Source of the DNA: Eledone cirrhosa
Taxonomy: Eukaryota
Direction: 5' to 3'
DNA: 64,000 nucleotides
Assembly: GCA_964016885.1 (NCBI GenBank)
Contig: OZ024740.1
Coordinates: 230,144,001-230,208,000, forward strand
The notes under the pieces are model-generated. The model was not told the origin of the DNA, did no database searches, and saw only the letters and a program-made list of their open reading frames with translations. Made by a program: the position numbers and the translations under genes. Below, piece by piece: positions 12,619-26,149 of this stretch (its first letter is position 1; the number at the start of each line of letters is the position of its first letter).

Positions 12619-13211
12619 ATATATATATATTTCTGGACCAGGAATAGCCGTCGAAACGGCTTGAGCTCTGCCGTCGGGGTCTTGACTCTTTTTCTATTAC
12701 CCACTCTACTACCCAAAGTATCGAGTACTCCGGTGCGTTATGGTCCACCTGGTTCCTTACCACACTTCCTTCGTTATATATACATGGTGGTAGGGGTAGG
12801 GGTGGTATTGGTGGTGGTGGTGGTGGTGGTGGTGGTGGTGGTGGTGGTGGCGGTGGTGGTGGTGGTGGTGGTAGGGTGGTGGTGGTGGTAGTAGTGGTGG
12901 TGGTGGTGGTGGTTGTGGTGGTGGTGGTGGCAGGGGTGGTGGTAGAGGTGGTGGTGGTGGTGGTTATGGTGGTAGTGGTGATGTTTGGAAGAGATGTCAA
13001 CATGAATGGACCTGTTATTTTTATCTAAAGTCATTTTTTCCAATTCCATCTCACCCGTCCCCTCAATCTATTTTATTTCTCATTCTTTCTTCTGATGAAG
13101 GACTAGCGTCCGAAACGTTAAGACCCTCTTCCTGGTATATCAAGCGTTAACCTAATATATACCTTCCATATACTGTACCGATTGTGTTGTTATTTCTGTT
13201 TACCTTTTACA
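12458..13211. mobile_element. Fold-back element: ~90-bp inverted arms (12458-12546 / 13123-13211) with adjacent hammerhead; PLE pseudo-LTR derivative
   Basis: tgtaaaaggtaaacag...ccaggaagagggt versus accctcttcctgg...ctgtttaccttttaca; flanked by (TA)n. Confidence 0.7.
13088..13123 (+). ncRNA. Minimal type I hammerhead ribozyme
   Basis: tctt CTGATGA a ggac-tagc-gtcc GAAAC GTT aaga: stem I tctt/aaga, stem II ggac/gtcc, palindromic AACGTT helix III. Confidence 0.75.
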
Positions 13212-13382
13212 TACATATATATATATATCCAGGGAGTGTAACTTGGAGTTAGAGTAGGTTCACCCGGGTGAGCACTCGATGTTTAGGTTCACTTCAGTGT
13301 CGAGGTGTAGAGCTATACAGAGTGTATTATAGTGGAAAGATAACAGGGACGATTGGTTACTCATTCATTATATTTATTGGTT

Positions 13383-13467
13383 GGCGACGCGCGTTTCGCC
13401 ACTGATCAGCTCAAGGTTCGATCTGTATCGATCTTACCCGACTCTGTAATCTGCGGCTCGACAGACC
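13383..13467 (-). ncRNA. Variant type I hammerhead (core CUGUCGA)
   Basis: Minus strand: ggt CTGTCGA gccgc...gtggc GAAAC GCGC GTC gcc, then AATAAA. Confidence 0.55.
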
Positions 13468-14899
13468 CCTTGCAATGCTAGTAGAAAATGAATACATGCT
13501 ATATGATAAAGTCAGAAGTTCATATGTTGGTCAATAAAGTTTGTTTTGATTGGTGGAATAGTTCATAAGGATGTTTTTGCCTGTAGTGTATGTGGGGGTG
13601 GATGTGATGATAAGATGTTGGTGACGGTCGAAGGCTGAAGTGGGCGGTGGTGTGGGGGTGTATATATATAAATATATATCTTTCTCTATCTATTTCTCTC
13701 TAGTTCTCTCTCCCTCTCTCTCCCTCTCTCTCTTTCTTGAAGAAATCGGTTGTGTTCTACCTGGAGAGGAGAGGGGTGGGGTCCACCAGGTGTAAAATAC
13801 CCAAGGTACGGCGAATTGCCGGACGGCGCCGCTACCACTCCATCGTGATATAAGGGCCGTTTAACATTTTTTTTCTATTTTACTCTAGGTGGGGCGGGGA
13901 GGGTATTACCAACTTTTCTGGTCCTACGAGGGAGGTGGAAGATATCCCCAAACCGGAGATATGGCTCAAATGTAACAGTGTCAACTTCACTAAAGACAAT
14001 AAAGTCGAAATGGTGGTTTTAAACTGAATGAAGGATTATATTTATCATCTATTTTTCGTTAGAGCTGGCAGAGCCGATGTTACAACTAGGCCAACTAAGC
14101 AGACGCCTACATGGCGGAACTCGGAGAGTGGCATCACTGAACCTTAAAAGATCACAATTTTATATATATTTGTATAATTATATGAAATATGTAATAATTT
14201 CTTGCGATCAGTATATCACAAAACATTTATACCACACCGCAACGCTGTGAAAATATCTAAAACGGTGGAGAGTGCAGTATGCTGTATAACATGTTGTATA
14301 ACATGATTTGGCGTGGGTGTATGAACTGTGTAGTAGAAAATGAAGGCTTAGTAATGTTCTTTGTGTGGTCAGAGGAAAAAGTGTGAAAACCTAGACTCGC
14401 CAGTTTGCCAGACTAAATTGAAATGATTTTCTTTAAGAGAATGGGACGTATAACTGGAAGAGGGGGGGGGGGCACATTGTAGGGTTCGTCTAAGATGTTA
14501 GGCCTGGTACCAAGGGTCGATGATATAAGTACCAGTAGTATACTTTGTATGTAGTTTAATCAAGTATATGAAAAGATCTATATGAAAACTTGCTTTGTGG
14601 TTTAGTTGTTAAAAGAAATCAATATTTATGCATAAGAATATGAACATTCTCGATGGCGAATCTTCTAAATAAGAATATATATATTTCACTGAGAACGGGA
14701 GGTGAAGGAGGAGGAGCTGTGGGGGGAGGAGAGGAGGAAGTTTAGTAGGAGGAGGAGGAGGGCGGATGAGAGAGAAGGGGTGTTGCAGTTTAGTCGATCC
14801 TGGCAGTGTCTTTGTTCCAAATATATTTATGTTCTTAGCTATATATGTTATCGATATAACAGAGAATGGAGAAACATGCGCTGGTCTGTTTTACTCGGT

Positions 14900-16414
<1,515 letters not shown>

Positions 16415-16869
16415 CTGACCAAAATGTTCTGACTTACTTTAATCAATAAAAGCCAACAATATAGTGATTATATTGATGTCATATACGTTTGTCCGCATAC
16501 AGCCGTCAACTTCGACCAGTTTTCCATTTGTCTATCAATCAATTCTTTACCATTCTTTGCCTATCGTAAGACCACCATCCCTTTCTTCGTTCTCTTTATC
16601 GTTTTCTAAATTGATATCCTTTAATTCTTCTTCTTCTTCTTCTTCTTCTTCTTCTTCTTCTTCTTCTTCTTCTTCTTCCATATAATTTCGCATTTTCCTC
16701 ATTCTCATGATTTTTTTGTGAGTTTTAAAATATCTTTACTGAAAGCTTGTAACTAGTGTTATGTATGTATGTATGTATGTATGTATGTATGTATGTATGT
16801 ATGTGTGTGTGTATGTGTGTATGTATGTATGTATGTATGTATGTATGTATGTATGTATGTATGTATGTA

Positions 16870-17277
16870 CGGGAGAGATGACCCCTTAGCCTTTGTCAAG
16901 GCAGAATTCTAGGAGAAGGAAAACTCTGATATAACACCTGCAACCCTGATGGTATCCAATGATGTTGAATTGTTCTTCTTTTTGGTAAATATCTTGGTTA
17001 AGAGAGTGGGACTGGCTTTGTGCAGTGCCTTTGCTCACTATAAAAGCTTCACAGCACAGGCATTGCTTTATATCTGGAGATCTCTCTGCACTTGTCGTCA
17101 CATGGTACCATGGGCCCAGCACTATGTGTCAATAATTGTCACAAGTGTAGTGTTTGTACCAGAGTTTTCAAGTCGCTGGCTGGACTAAAAAGTCACACTC
17201 GTTCAGCGCATTGGTAGGGGTTCTCCTACATGGATATAAAGTAGTGGCCGTACTCGAAAACGAGTTGGCAGCCACCA
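16870..17277. mobile_element. Retroelement-derived fragment in (TATG)n with an RTE-type 5'-UTR motif
   Basis: ctaggagaaggaaaactctgatataa resembles the 5' UTR motif of RTE-clade LINEs (from recall); (TATG)n on both sides. Confidence 0.4.
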
Positions 17278-17499
17278 TGTATGTATGTATGTGTGTATGT
17301 GTGTATGTATGTATGTATGTATGTGTGTATGTGTGTATGTATGTATGTGTGTATGCATGCATGTATGTATTTATGTATACATGTATGTATGTAGGTATGT
17401 ATGTGTGCATGTATGTATGTATGCATGCATGTATGTATACATGTATGTATGTATTTATGTATACATGTATGTATGTAGGTATTATGTGTGCATGCATGT

Positions 17500-18830
17500 T
17501 TATCTCTTTCTCTTAATTTCGAGTACATTTTTTTTTTACCGGCCACCTTCCTGGTGGCAAGGTTGTAAAAGAAAAGAAATTATCATCCCTTGAATCGCAA
17601 GAATGTTTTGCAAATTTTGAAGGTGCCAGCTATCGCAGCCATTTGTAGACTATGAATTAGGGAGCTGCGCTTTTTGTCCGCAAATCCAAGTTCAGTCACA
17701 CTTTGGTCCAAGCGGGTTGGTATATAACCCGTAGCTCCAATAATGATGGGTATGAAGCTAAAGGTGTATCTTGGTACTGGATTTGTAAACTCTTCATCAA
17801 TGGTCCGTAGATGTCCTCCTTCTCCTGTATTTTTCTGACGACGTTTACATCAAGTGGGCAGTTGATCTCCACAACAGAACACGTTTTCAATGTGTGGTCC
17901 CAAACAACAATATCAGGCCGGTTGTGCTTTAATTTGGTGGCAGTTTTTATTTTCAGGTTCCACCAGTATTCCTTAGTGCCATCTGTCTCAATATATTCTT
18001 CCTCGTTTGTTGTTAATTTTGTTTTCCGAAGTGCGTTCCAGATGGTTCTAGCTATCCCATCGTGTCTCATGGGGAAGTAGTAGCGAGATGACATTCTTTC
18101 GCAGCTGGCAACAATGTGGCTTACATCCTCGATCTTTGTTTTACATAGCCTACATTTATTGTCAGCTGCTGGCCCTCCTCTTTTGTGCAGCAGATATTTG
18201 GTAGGGAGTTCTTGTTCCTGTATTGCATAGAGATATCCCTCAAGGTGTGATGTCATAAACTTGTCGGAACTCTATGCCAGGCTTTTTGAGTGGTTTATCC
18301 CCTCTATGGTCTGTGTTTTACGCCTCAAGTATCCATGCACAACTTTTTCTGTAAATTGGTCAATTTTTTTATCTTGTTTGAACATTGAATAGGATCTTCC
18401 GATTTCTCTGGGTGAGAGATTTATATCAGGCTTTATTTCATATCTCTCCTCCAGATCAGTCGCTATTCTAATGATATATTTTTTTTCAAGCTCATAAACC
18501 TGGGCAAGATGGTTGCCAACCTTTTTCCTCTGTTGAAGGTGTTGCTTCAGTGTTACTATCCGGGTCTCATATGTTGTTAATATTGATTTTAGACCCCGGC
18601 CACCTTCCTTGCGTGAGAAGTATAGCCTATCCACATCACCATTGATGTTAAAGTTCCCAGTAACACTGAGAAGTTTGCGAGTTCTAGCATCCATCTCACT
18701 TAGTTCTTGCAGTGACCAGTTCAGCAGGCCAAATGTTGGCGTTAGAATTGGCACAGCATAAGTATTGTGGGCAATGTATTTGTTGTACGCTGACAGTTCT
18801 GATGACCATATTTTCTTTACTCTTCTGAGG
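17500..18830 (-). mobile_element. 5'-truncated R4/Dong-like non-LTR retrotransposon (RT C-terminus, CCHC, restriction-like endonuclease)
   Basis: SRKEGGRGLK, CRLCKTKIEDVSHIVASC, RHDGI, NRPDIVVWD...VVEINCP; nearly identical to 63080-64000; (TATG)n on both sides. Confidence 0.88.
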
Positions 18831-19026
18831 TATGTATGTATGTATGCATGTATGTATGTATACATGTATGTATGTATGTATGTAGGTATCTATGTGTGCA
18901 TGTATGTATGTATGATTGTAAGTATGTATGTATGTAGGCATGCATGTATGTATGTGTGCATGTATGTAAGTATGTATCTATATATATATACATGTATGTA
19001 TGTATTCAGGCATGTATATATATGTG

Positions 19027-19060
<34 letters not shown>

Positions 19061-19142
19061 CGCGCGTATGGATGTACGTATGTATCTGCACACATATATA
19101 TATATATATGGCTGCATGTATGTATCACTCTATTTATGTTTA

Positions 19143-19207
<65 letters not shown>

Positions 19208-20315
19208 TATCATATCATAAAACGTGTCTATAGAATCAATCAGATATTAAAATATATACTATTTCTTCCTCTAATCAGCATAATTAACCATATACATAAT
19301 CAAATCCAGCAAGCTTTAAGAGTAAATTTTCTAACTGGGAAATCTCCGACAAATAATTGACCGCAGCCAGTTCGCGTTAACTCCGTTCCATTATTTATCA
19401 AACATTTCGGCAGCATGCAGAATCCGATCAAACACATCGCCAACCGCACATAATTAGTAGTAAAATTAAACTTAGAAGAAATGCGCACATACCGTAATTA
19501 TATCTCGACCATGGTTTCTTCCTTGTTTAGGACATCCAAATAATATGGACTGTCCTGAGTCAGGATTATCCTCAGGAGACAAACTCAGAAATAGACATTT
19601 AATTTCTCGGACAGACCCCGCCAAATTTAGATTCAAAAATGGCTAAGATCGCTATGTAGCTGTGTACCAGCCAGAGAGAAAGCGTGTGATTGGTCGCTTA
19701 CGGCGGGTAGGCATGCTGCTAGAAAGCGCAGCCATATATCGCCAAATTTAATCTCAACCGATAGGGAGATTATTAAATATATATATTTCTCCATTACGAG
19801 CCTCTTATTTTCCGCACTAATCTCATTAATTCGTCGAAACTGAAGAAGGTTGAGATCCGATGACCATATTTTAATGTTTGTGACCTGTTCGCTTTCATCC
19901 ATTCTTTTTCCCCCCATCCTATCTTCTCTTCCTTCTTTCGAGTCAACTCACATCGAGCCGCTGATCTGGGAAACCTGTTGAGAAAGTGAACCCTCTATTC
20001 GATCATCCAAAACTAATAACTTACATACCCCGCAAGTGGATTTGTTGATTTCGGATTTCACAGAAACCTACTGGAGATATTGCATAATATCGACGGGATG
20101 GTCCAGGTTTGTCAAATTATCCTGAGTTGGTTTTCTCGTTGCTTTGGTCCCTGCGGCTGGCTCACTGGTCACAGTCTTCAATTTGTCAAGCTGTCTAAAC
20201 GTAATGTTATTACTCTAAGGTAAAACTACCTTATTGAGTGCTTATCTGCACATTCCGAATTGCATTCGTTAGCATGGGCGAAGCCAGAGCTTCGATTTAA
20301 CTGAACTTCCATTCG

Positions 20316-20348
<33 letters not shown>

Positions 20349-20573
20349 CTATTTATCTGTACACTTATGTATGTGTTCTCTTTCTTCATTTTTTTATTTT
20401 GATTTAGAGTTTTTGTTGATTTTTTTTTTTTTTGTACCGACTATCCTCTGTGTCAAAGCTGTAAAGAAATGGGTCTTATTTATTCCATCATCCTCTGCAA
20501 CTCTTTACCTTTTAAATTTTCAGAAAGTCGTGAGACTTTATTGTTCCAGAAATTACGACCATTTGTAGTTTTT

Positions 20574-20773
20574 ACGAGGATCGTCTGAAACATTTATAGG
20601 CTGACTTTGAAAGAGTGATGCTAGAGCTGTGAAGTTTTGCATCCATTAATTTCAACTCTTTTTTATTAATAACTGCATTGTTTCTTTCCAGGAACTCTGT
20701 TGAAAAATAAACCGTTTTTAGTCATTCCATGAGAGTATCTTGGTCAGCCTATGAACTTTTCAGCTGACCTTTA
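20574..20773. mobile_element. Mariner-type MITE, copy 1
   Basis: TA-flanked TIRs cgaggatcgtctgaaacatttataggctgac / gtcagcctatgaacttttcagctgacctt; second copy at 24.6 kb. Confidence 0.7.
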
Positions 20774-20842
20774 TATACATACATATATATAAATACGAAA
20801 TTTCTATACATATTTGTATACAGCTATGCCTGAAGCTAAATC

Positions 20843-20906
<64 letters not shown>

Positions 20907-20910
<4 letters not shown>

Positions 20911-21387
20911 TAACTGAACAAAAAAGAAAAAACGAACACAGACATATACATGTATGTGTTCAAATCGTAATGGACCAGAATCGCTAAGATGAAAAAAATA
21001 CTAACTACAGACAATAGGGTTTGCTAGACTCAATTTAAGAATAAATCAAGAAAAATAAATACAAACCAGTATTGTGACACTATCCAGTTCTTTATTTTAT
21101 TTAGAAGTGATCAGGATTCTAATTCTTCACCCGCTGATGAGCTAGGAATTTGATATACCTCTTCACAAATAATATTGCGAAACGGTTCTATCAAAAACCG
21201 TCCGGGTAATGGGTAGTTACCACAATACTGGTTTGTATTTATTTTTCTTGATTTATTCTTAAATTGAGTCTAGCAACCCCTATTATCTGTAGTTAATATT
21301 TTTTTCACCTTAGCGATTCTGGTTCATTACGATTTGAACACATATATGTATATGTCTGTGTTCGTTTTACTTTTTTGTTCAGTTATA

Positions 21388-21389
<2 letters not shown>
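20907..21389. mobile_element. Fold-back element: ~170-bp inverted arms around a canonical hammerhead, in (TA)n
   Basis: Arms 20907-21076 and 21221-21389 are reverse complements with scattered substitutions. Confidence 0.85.
21129..21207 (+). ncRNA. Canonical type I hammerhead ribozyme (GUC cleavage site at 21200-21202)
   Basis: acccg CTGATGA gc[...]gc GAAAC ggtt-ctatcaaa-aacc GTC cgggt: perfect stem I and stem III. Confidence 0.88.
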
Positions 21390-21418
<29 letters not shown>

Positions 21419-21446
21419 CAAAAGATGGTTAAAAGAGTTCCATGTA

Positions 21447-21513
21447 TTTTATTATGCGCATTTCAAAAACAAATATCATCATGGGATGATATTTGCGTTC
21501 TCATCAGATAAAA
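21447..21513 (-). ncRNA. Minimal type I hammerhead (left arm)
   Basis: Minus strand: ttttat CTGATGA...caaatatcat..atgatatttg...GAAA TGCGCA TA ataaaa. Confidence 0.75.
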
Positions 21514-21617
21514 TAGAGAGACATGATATGAAGCTTAAAAAACACTTGCGAGCAGTGAAGTGTTAAATCAACACTTCACTGCTCGCAAGTGTTTTTTAAG
21601 CTTCATATGTCTCCCTA

Positions 21618-21684
21618 TTTTATCTGATGAAAAGGCAAATATCATCCCATGATGATATTTGTTTTTGAAATGCGCATAATAAAA
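21618..21684 (+). ncRNA. Minimal type I hammerhead (right arm)
   Basis: ttttat CTGATGA aaaggcaaatatcat...atgatatttgttttt GAAA TGCGCA TA ataaaa; palindromic TGCGCA helix III. Confidence 0.8.
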
Positions 21685-21824
21685 CACATGGAACTCTTTT
21701 AACCATCTTTTGATTTTATATTATTTATACTCCAGTCCTATTACCTGTTGAGTGCTACTTATCCGATATTTGCATTGCTTTATTGTGCTACAATAAAACT
21801 CACCTCCTACATATATATATATAT

Positions 21825-24395
21825 ATATTCATTAGTTAAGCAAAACAAAACCACAAATTTCACAAGGAAGACATTATTAAAAGATTGTCAACATATTTTA
21901 GTTTGATGTAAGGAATGTAGAGAATAATAATAATAATTAATAATGTCCGTTTACAATTGTTTCGCTACTCCATATAATATTTCTGGATCAATAACTATAT
22001 ATCATTATTGATCTGGTTCAGTTGAAAATAATTAACAGATTTAAAAACAGAGATAGATATGGATTTACCACCTGCAAGAACCCCAAACACAACACCCTGC
22101 TGGACCCTTTTGAGAAAGATCTATTCAACTTCGTCAGGAGCATTAAATTCAAAAAGCATTATAGACACAAGAATAATTTCCTCACTAAATTAGCAAGAAC
22201 TATAAACAAATTTAAAGATAGCCACTCTTACATGTTATGTCTCAAAAAACTAAAAATCTATACACCATGACTCCTGAAACTTACAACTCTTTCCTTCTTA
22301 AGGAACTGAATAAAAACTATTAAAAAAAACTATACCCTCCAGTGTAAACGTACTTAACTGAAAAGCCCAGACTTTGGTTAAGGACTTGCATCTGGATAGA
22401 TTTACCCACCCTTATGTACCAACAACCCCAAGGTTCTCTCTCAAAGATCATAAGCCAAACTTTATAGAGAACCCATCTATTAGACTTATAAGCCCAACCA
22501 CATCCGACCTGGGTCGTATCAGTAAGAACATCCTTGATAGGATAATCCCTGGGCTACGGGATAATATCACCTACAAGTTGTGGTCCAACACCGGCCAAGT
22601 CATTAGATGGTTCTCCGATCTAAGGTCCAAGCAATAAATGAGGTTCATCTAATTTGACATCGACAGCTATTACGCTTCAATAACCCGGAACTGCTCAGCA
22701 AAGCATTAACCCTAGCCAGCACCAACTCGGACATAACCAATAATGAGATTAACATCATACTTATGGCTAGGCAGACCATCATTGAATTCAACGGAGCACC
22801 TGGACTAGAAAAGATAGAACAGACAACTTTGACATCACGATGGGCTCAAGTGACTCTGTGCAAATCACCGATTTAGTTGGAATTTACCTATTACATAACA
22901 TCAGAGCCGAAATCCAACCCTTGCAAGGCGGAATATACAGGGACGACGCTCTATTTGCAGTCCACAATTGCACTAATTGGGGCATTGATTTGCTAAAAAA
23001 ACAATTACATAGATTCTTTAAAAATAACGGTCTCTCTATCACCATCGAGCCGAACCATAAAGTAGTAAACTTCCTAGACGTCACCCTGGATCTCAGCAAT
23101 AACCTATATTACCCTTACCATACATCAGGTGAAATACTCACATATATTAGCCCATACTCTAACCACCCACCGGCAGTCATCAGAGCAGTAATCAAATCTA
23201 TCTCGTATATGATCTCCATGCTATCAGCAAATGAGGAGATATTTATAAACCATGCACAATATTATAATAAGGCTCTTTCTGAATCTGGTTATGAACAATC
23301 CATTTACTACATAGCTAAATGCCATAACACAGCAATTCACCATAATAAACTTAACACTAGAACTAGAAATACCTTAGCATATAGCCAGATTCGCCGGAAT
23401 TTTAGCAGTTACAGCACCTATACAGGGAACTTTAATGGTGGCAGCGGCCTGCTCCCCACTCCAAGTAGCAAACTAAAAATCAACCCTAGAATAGGAATGA
23501 GAAATGGGATGACAAATAACAAATCCCCAGGTAATAATAACCCTAGGAAGGCCCCTACCAACTCCACTAGAACCCCTAGAAGGAATAGACCTAGAAATAT
23601 CACCTGGCTTAAACCCCCATTCTCATCTAATCTAGCCACTAATATCCCTAAACGCTTCTTCTCTATCCTATCTAACCCCCCCCCCCCCCCCCAACCATAG
23701 ATATTACAAACTCTTTAATAAAAATAACATTAAAATCTCATTCTCCACAACACCTCACCTAGCTAGCCACATCGTATTCAGTAACCATCATGAACTAAGA
23801 CAGTATAACTCCCACACCGCGGTACCACCACCCCTATCAAATACACCAAGCCACTACACCAATAATTACTCTAGTAGCACACCTCCCCCATCTAATCCTT
23901 CTAGCACTGACCAACCGCTTAGGTTAAACTACCCTACTCCCACTAACCGCAGAAGCAACTGCCGTTACCCTAATGCATGCCCATTAAATGGACACTGCCA
24001 GACACCCAACATAGTCTATAGGTGCACGGTTAAAACTGCTTCGAATACCAGTTCTTATATCGGGTCTACCTCTAACCCTTTTAAGGTACGCTATAACGCG
24101 CACTCTTTTTCCTTCCGAGACCCTAGCAACAGATGTTCGACATCTCTAGCTAGGCTCATTAAAAACCTTAAATTAAGCAACATTGAACACGCACTAAAAT
24201 GGGATATCGTAGCTAGGGCCCAACCGTTCAATGGACGAAGAAAATCTTGTGATCTCTGTATTACCGAAGTATATTACATATTATTATTATTATTATTCTC
24301 TACAGTCCTTACATCAAACTAAAATATGTTGACAATCTTTTAATAATGTCTTCCTTGTGAAATTTGTGGTCTTGTTTTGCTTAACTAATGAATAT
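21825..24395 (+). mobile_element. Penelope-like element (Naiad-like) bracketed by ~113-bp inverted repeats
   Basis: IRs 21825-21937 / 24280-24395 enclose RT and GIY-YIG coding sequence. Confidence 0.85.
22022..24280 (+). pseudogene. PLE reverse transcriptase + GIY-YIG endonuclease, decayed
   Basis: LKDHKPNF..IRLISP, FDI, MGS, YRDD, VNFLDVTLDL, SNHPP; manual translation from ~23950: NCRYPNACPLNGHC..NIVY..SYIG..FKVRYNAH..KWDIV..CDLCITE. Confidence 0.88.
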
Positions 24396-24589
24396 TTCCA
24401 GCTCTGCGCGCCTAACTTCTGCATGAACCCAGCCACCTAGCTGCTTTCTACTGCATATTGCACATTGAGCACATGCCTTTACGCTTTGGCTTCTAACTAA
24501 TTCACCAATCTCTCCTCTCCTATCTCCTCTCCTATCTCCATCTCTCTCTTTAAGATTGGTTACTCTTGAACTGTATATATATATATATA

Positions 24590-24762
24590 GTGGGCAGAAA
24601 AGTTCGTAGGCTGACTTTGAAAGAGTGATGCTAGAGCCGTGAAATCCTGCATGCATTAATTTCAACTCTTCTTATTAATAACTGCATTGTTTCTTTCTAG
24701 GGACTATGTTGAAAAATAAACCACATTTGGTCAGCCGATGAACTTTCCAGACGACCCTCGTA
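24590..24762. mobile_element. Mariner-type MITE, copy 2
   Basis: Homologous to 20574-20773; ends gtcagccgatgaactttccagacgaccctcgta. Confidence 0.7.
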
Positions 24763-24866
24763 AATTTAGGAACCACGCTCTTTCTCCACGAATTCAGTCA
24801 TACAGTCATACTTTCACCCAAACGGGTTAACTGGTATCCTGTCGCTCTAGTAACAGTGGGTATGGA

Positions 24867-24928
<62 letters not shown>

Positions 24929-25062
24929 GAATATATGAAAGGGAGAAAGAACATTAAATGTGTGTAGCAGAGTATGTATATTCGCTCAACGACGGTAATC
25001 TATGACAACAAAAGATTCATCTATTTGCACATAGCAAACACACATACATATACATACATACA

Positions 25063-25174
<112 letters not shown>

Positions 25175-25268
25175 CATCACATACACACGCAATTTAATGA
25201 AAAAAAATTACATTACTTGAATAAAAGAAAAATATTTTTCTCTCACGAAGCCAAAAGTACGCAATTTG

Positions 25269-25377
<109 letters not shown>

Positions 25378-25441
25378 AGTGTGTGTATGTGTGTGTGTGT
25401 GTAACCCTTGCTAGCAGGGAAAGCGGACGTTAAAACGACAA

Positions 25442-25480
<39 letters not shown>

Positions 25481-25647
25481 TATATATATATATTATATAT
25501 ATATATAATATATATTAAAGGTTGAAAATACATTCTTCTTTCTTTTAGTTTTATATATTTTATTTTTCATTTTTTTTTTTGCATTTTTAATTATTTTTTA
25601 AAGTATGTATATATGTGTGTGTATTTGTATGTGCTTGTATGTATATG

Positions 25648-25682
<35 letters not shown>

Positions 25683-26149
25683 ATTATGTGTGTACGGCCT
25701 TTCTTTCGCAAATGTCTCAAGTCACCTCGATCATTGCTCTCTACATTTTTTAAGTTCCTCCAAACGGCGGGCCAGAGAATCTGAAAAAAATTATCTGCAT
25801 CCCTTTATTTTTGACATCCATTTTATTTTTATAATTCATTCATTTATATTGTCTATTTATTTATATTATTTATATTTTAAAGTAGTAAGAAGAAGGAAAA
25901 AAATTATCCGAAATTATAACTCGAATACTTTAATGTATGGATGCGTTTTATGCATGGAATAAATAAAAGTTAAACAAGAAAAATACAATATACAAAATAA
26001 ATATATGGATGGATGTATGGTGGAGTAGTGAAAAAAAAAGGTGGGGAACGTAGAAAGTAGAAATAAATTCAAGAATTTTTCTGAAATATTTTTTTTAATT
26101 CTTCCAATAGAAGAAACATTATCGAATGTAGTAGAGTCTTCAACTATTT

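Larger units (their letters stand above)
21411..21720. mobile_element. Near-perfect ~310-bp palindromic element with a hammerhead in each arm
   Basis: tataaaatcaaaagatgg...gaagtgtt | aacacttc...ccatcttttgattttata; single-arm relative at 60197-60357. Confidence 0.85.

Noticed and set aside
14065-14510. hAT-like DNA transposon relic
   Set aside because: Termini too degenerate to define TIRs or a TSD
17165-17277. HDV-like ribozyme on the minus strand (ggtggctg...cagccagc)
   Set aside because: L3, P1.1 and J4/2 consensus not satisfied by eye
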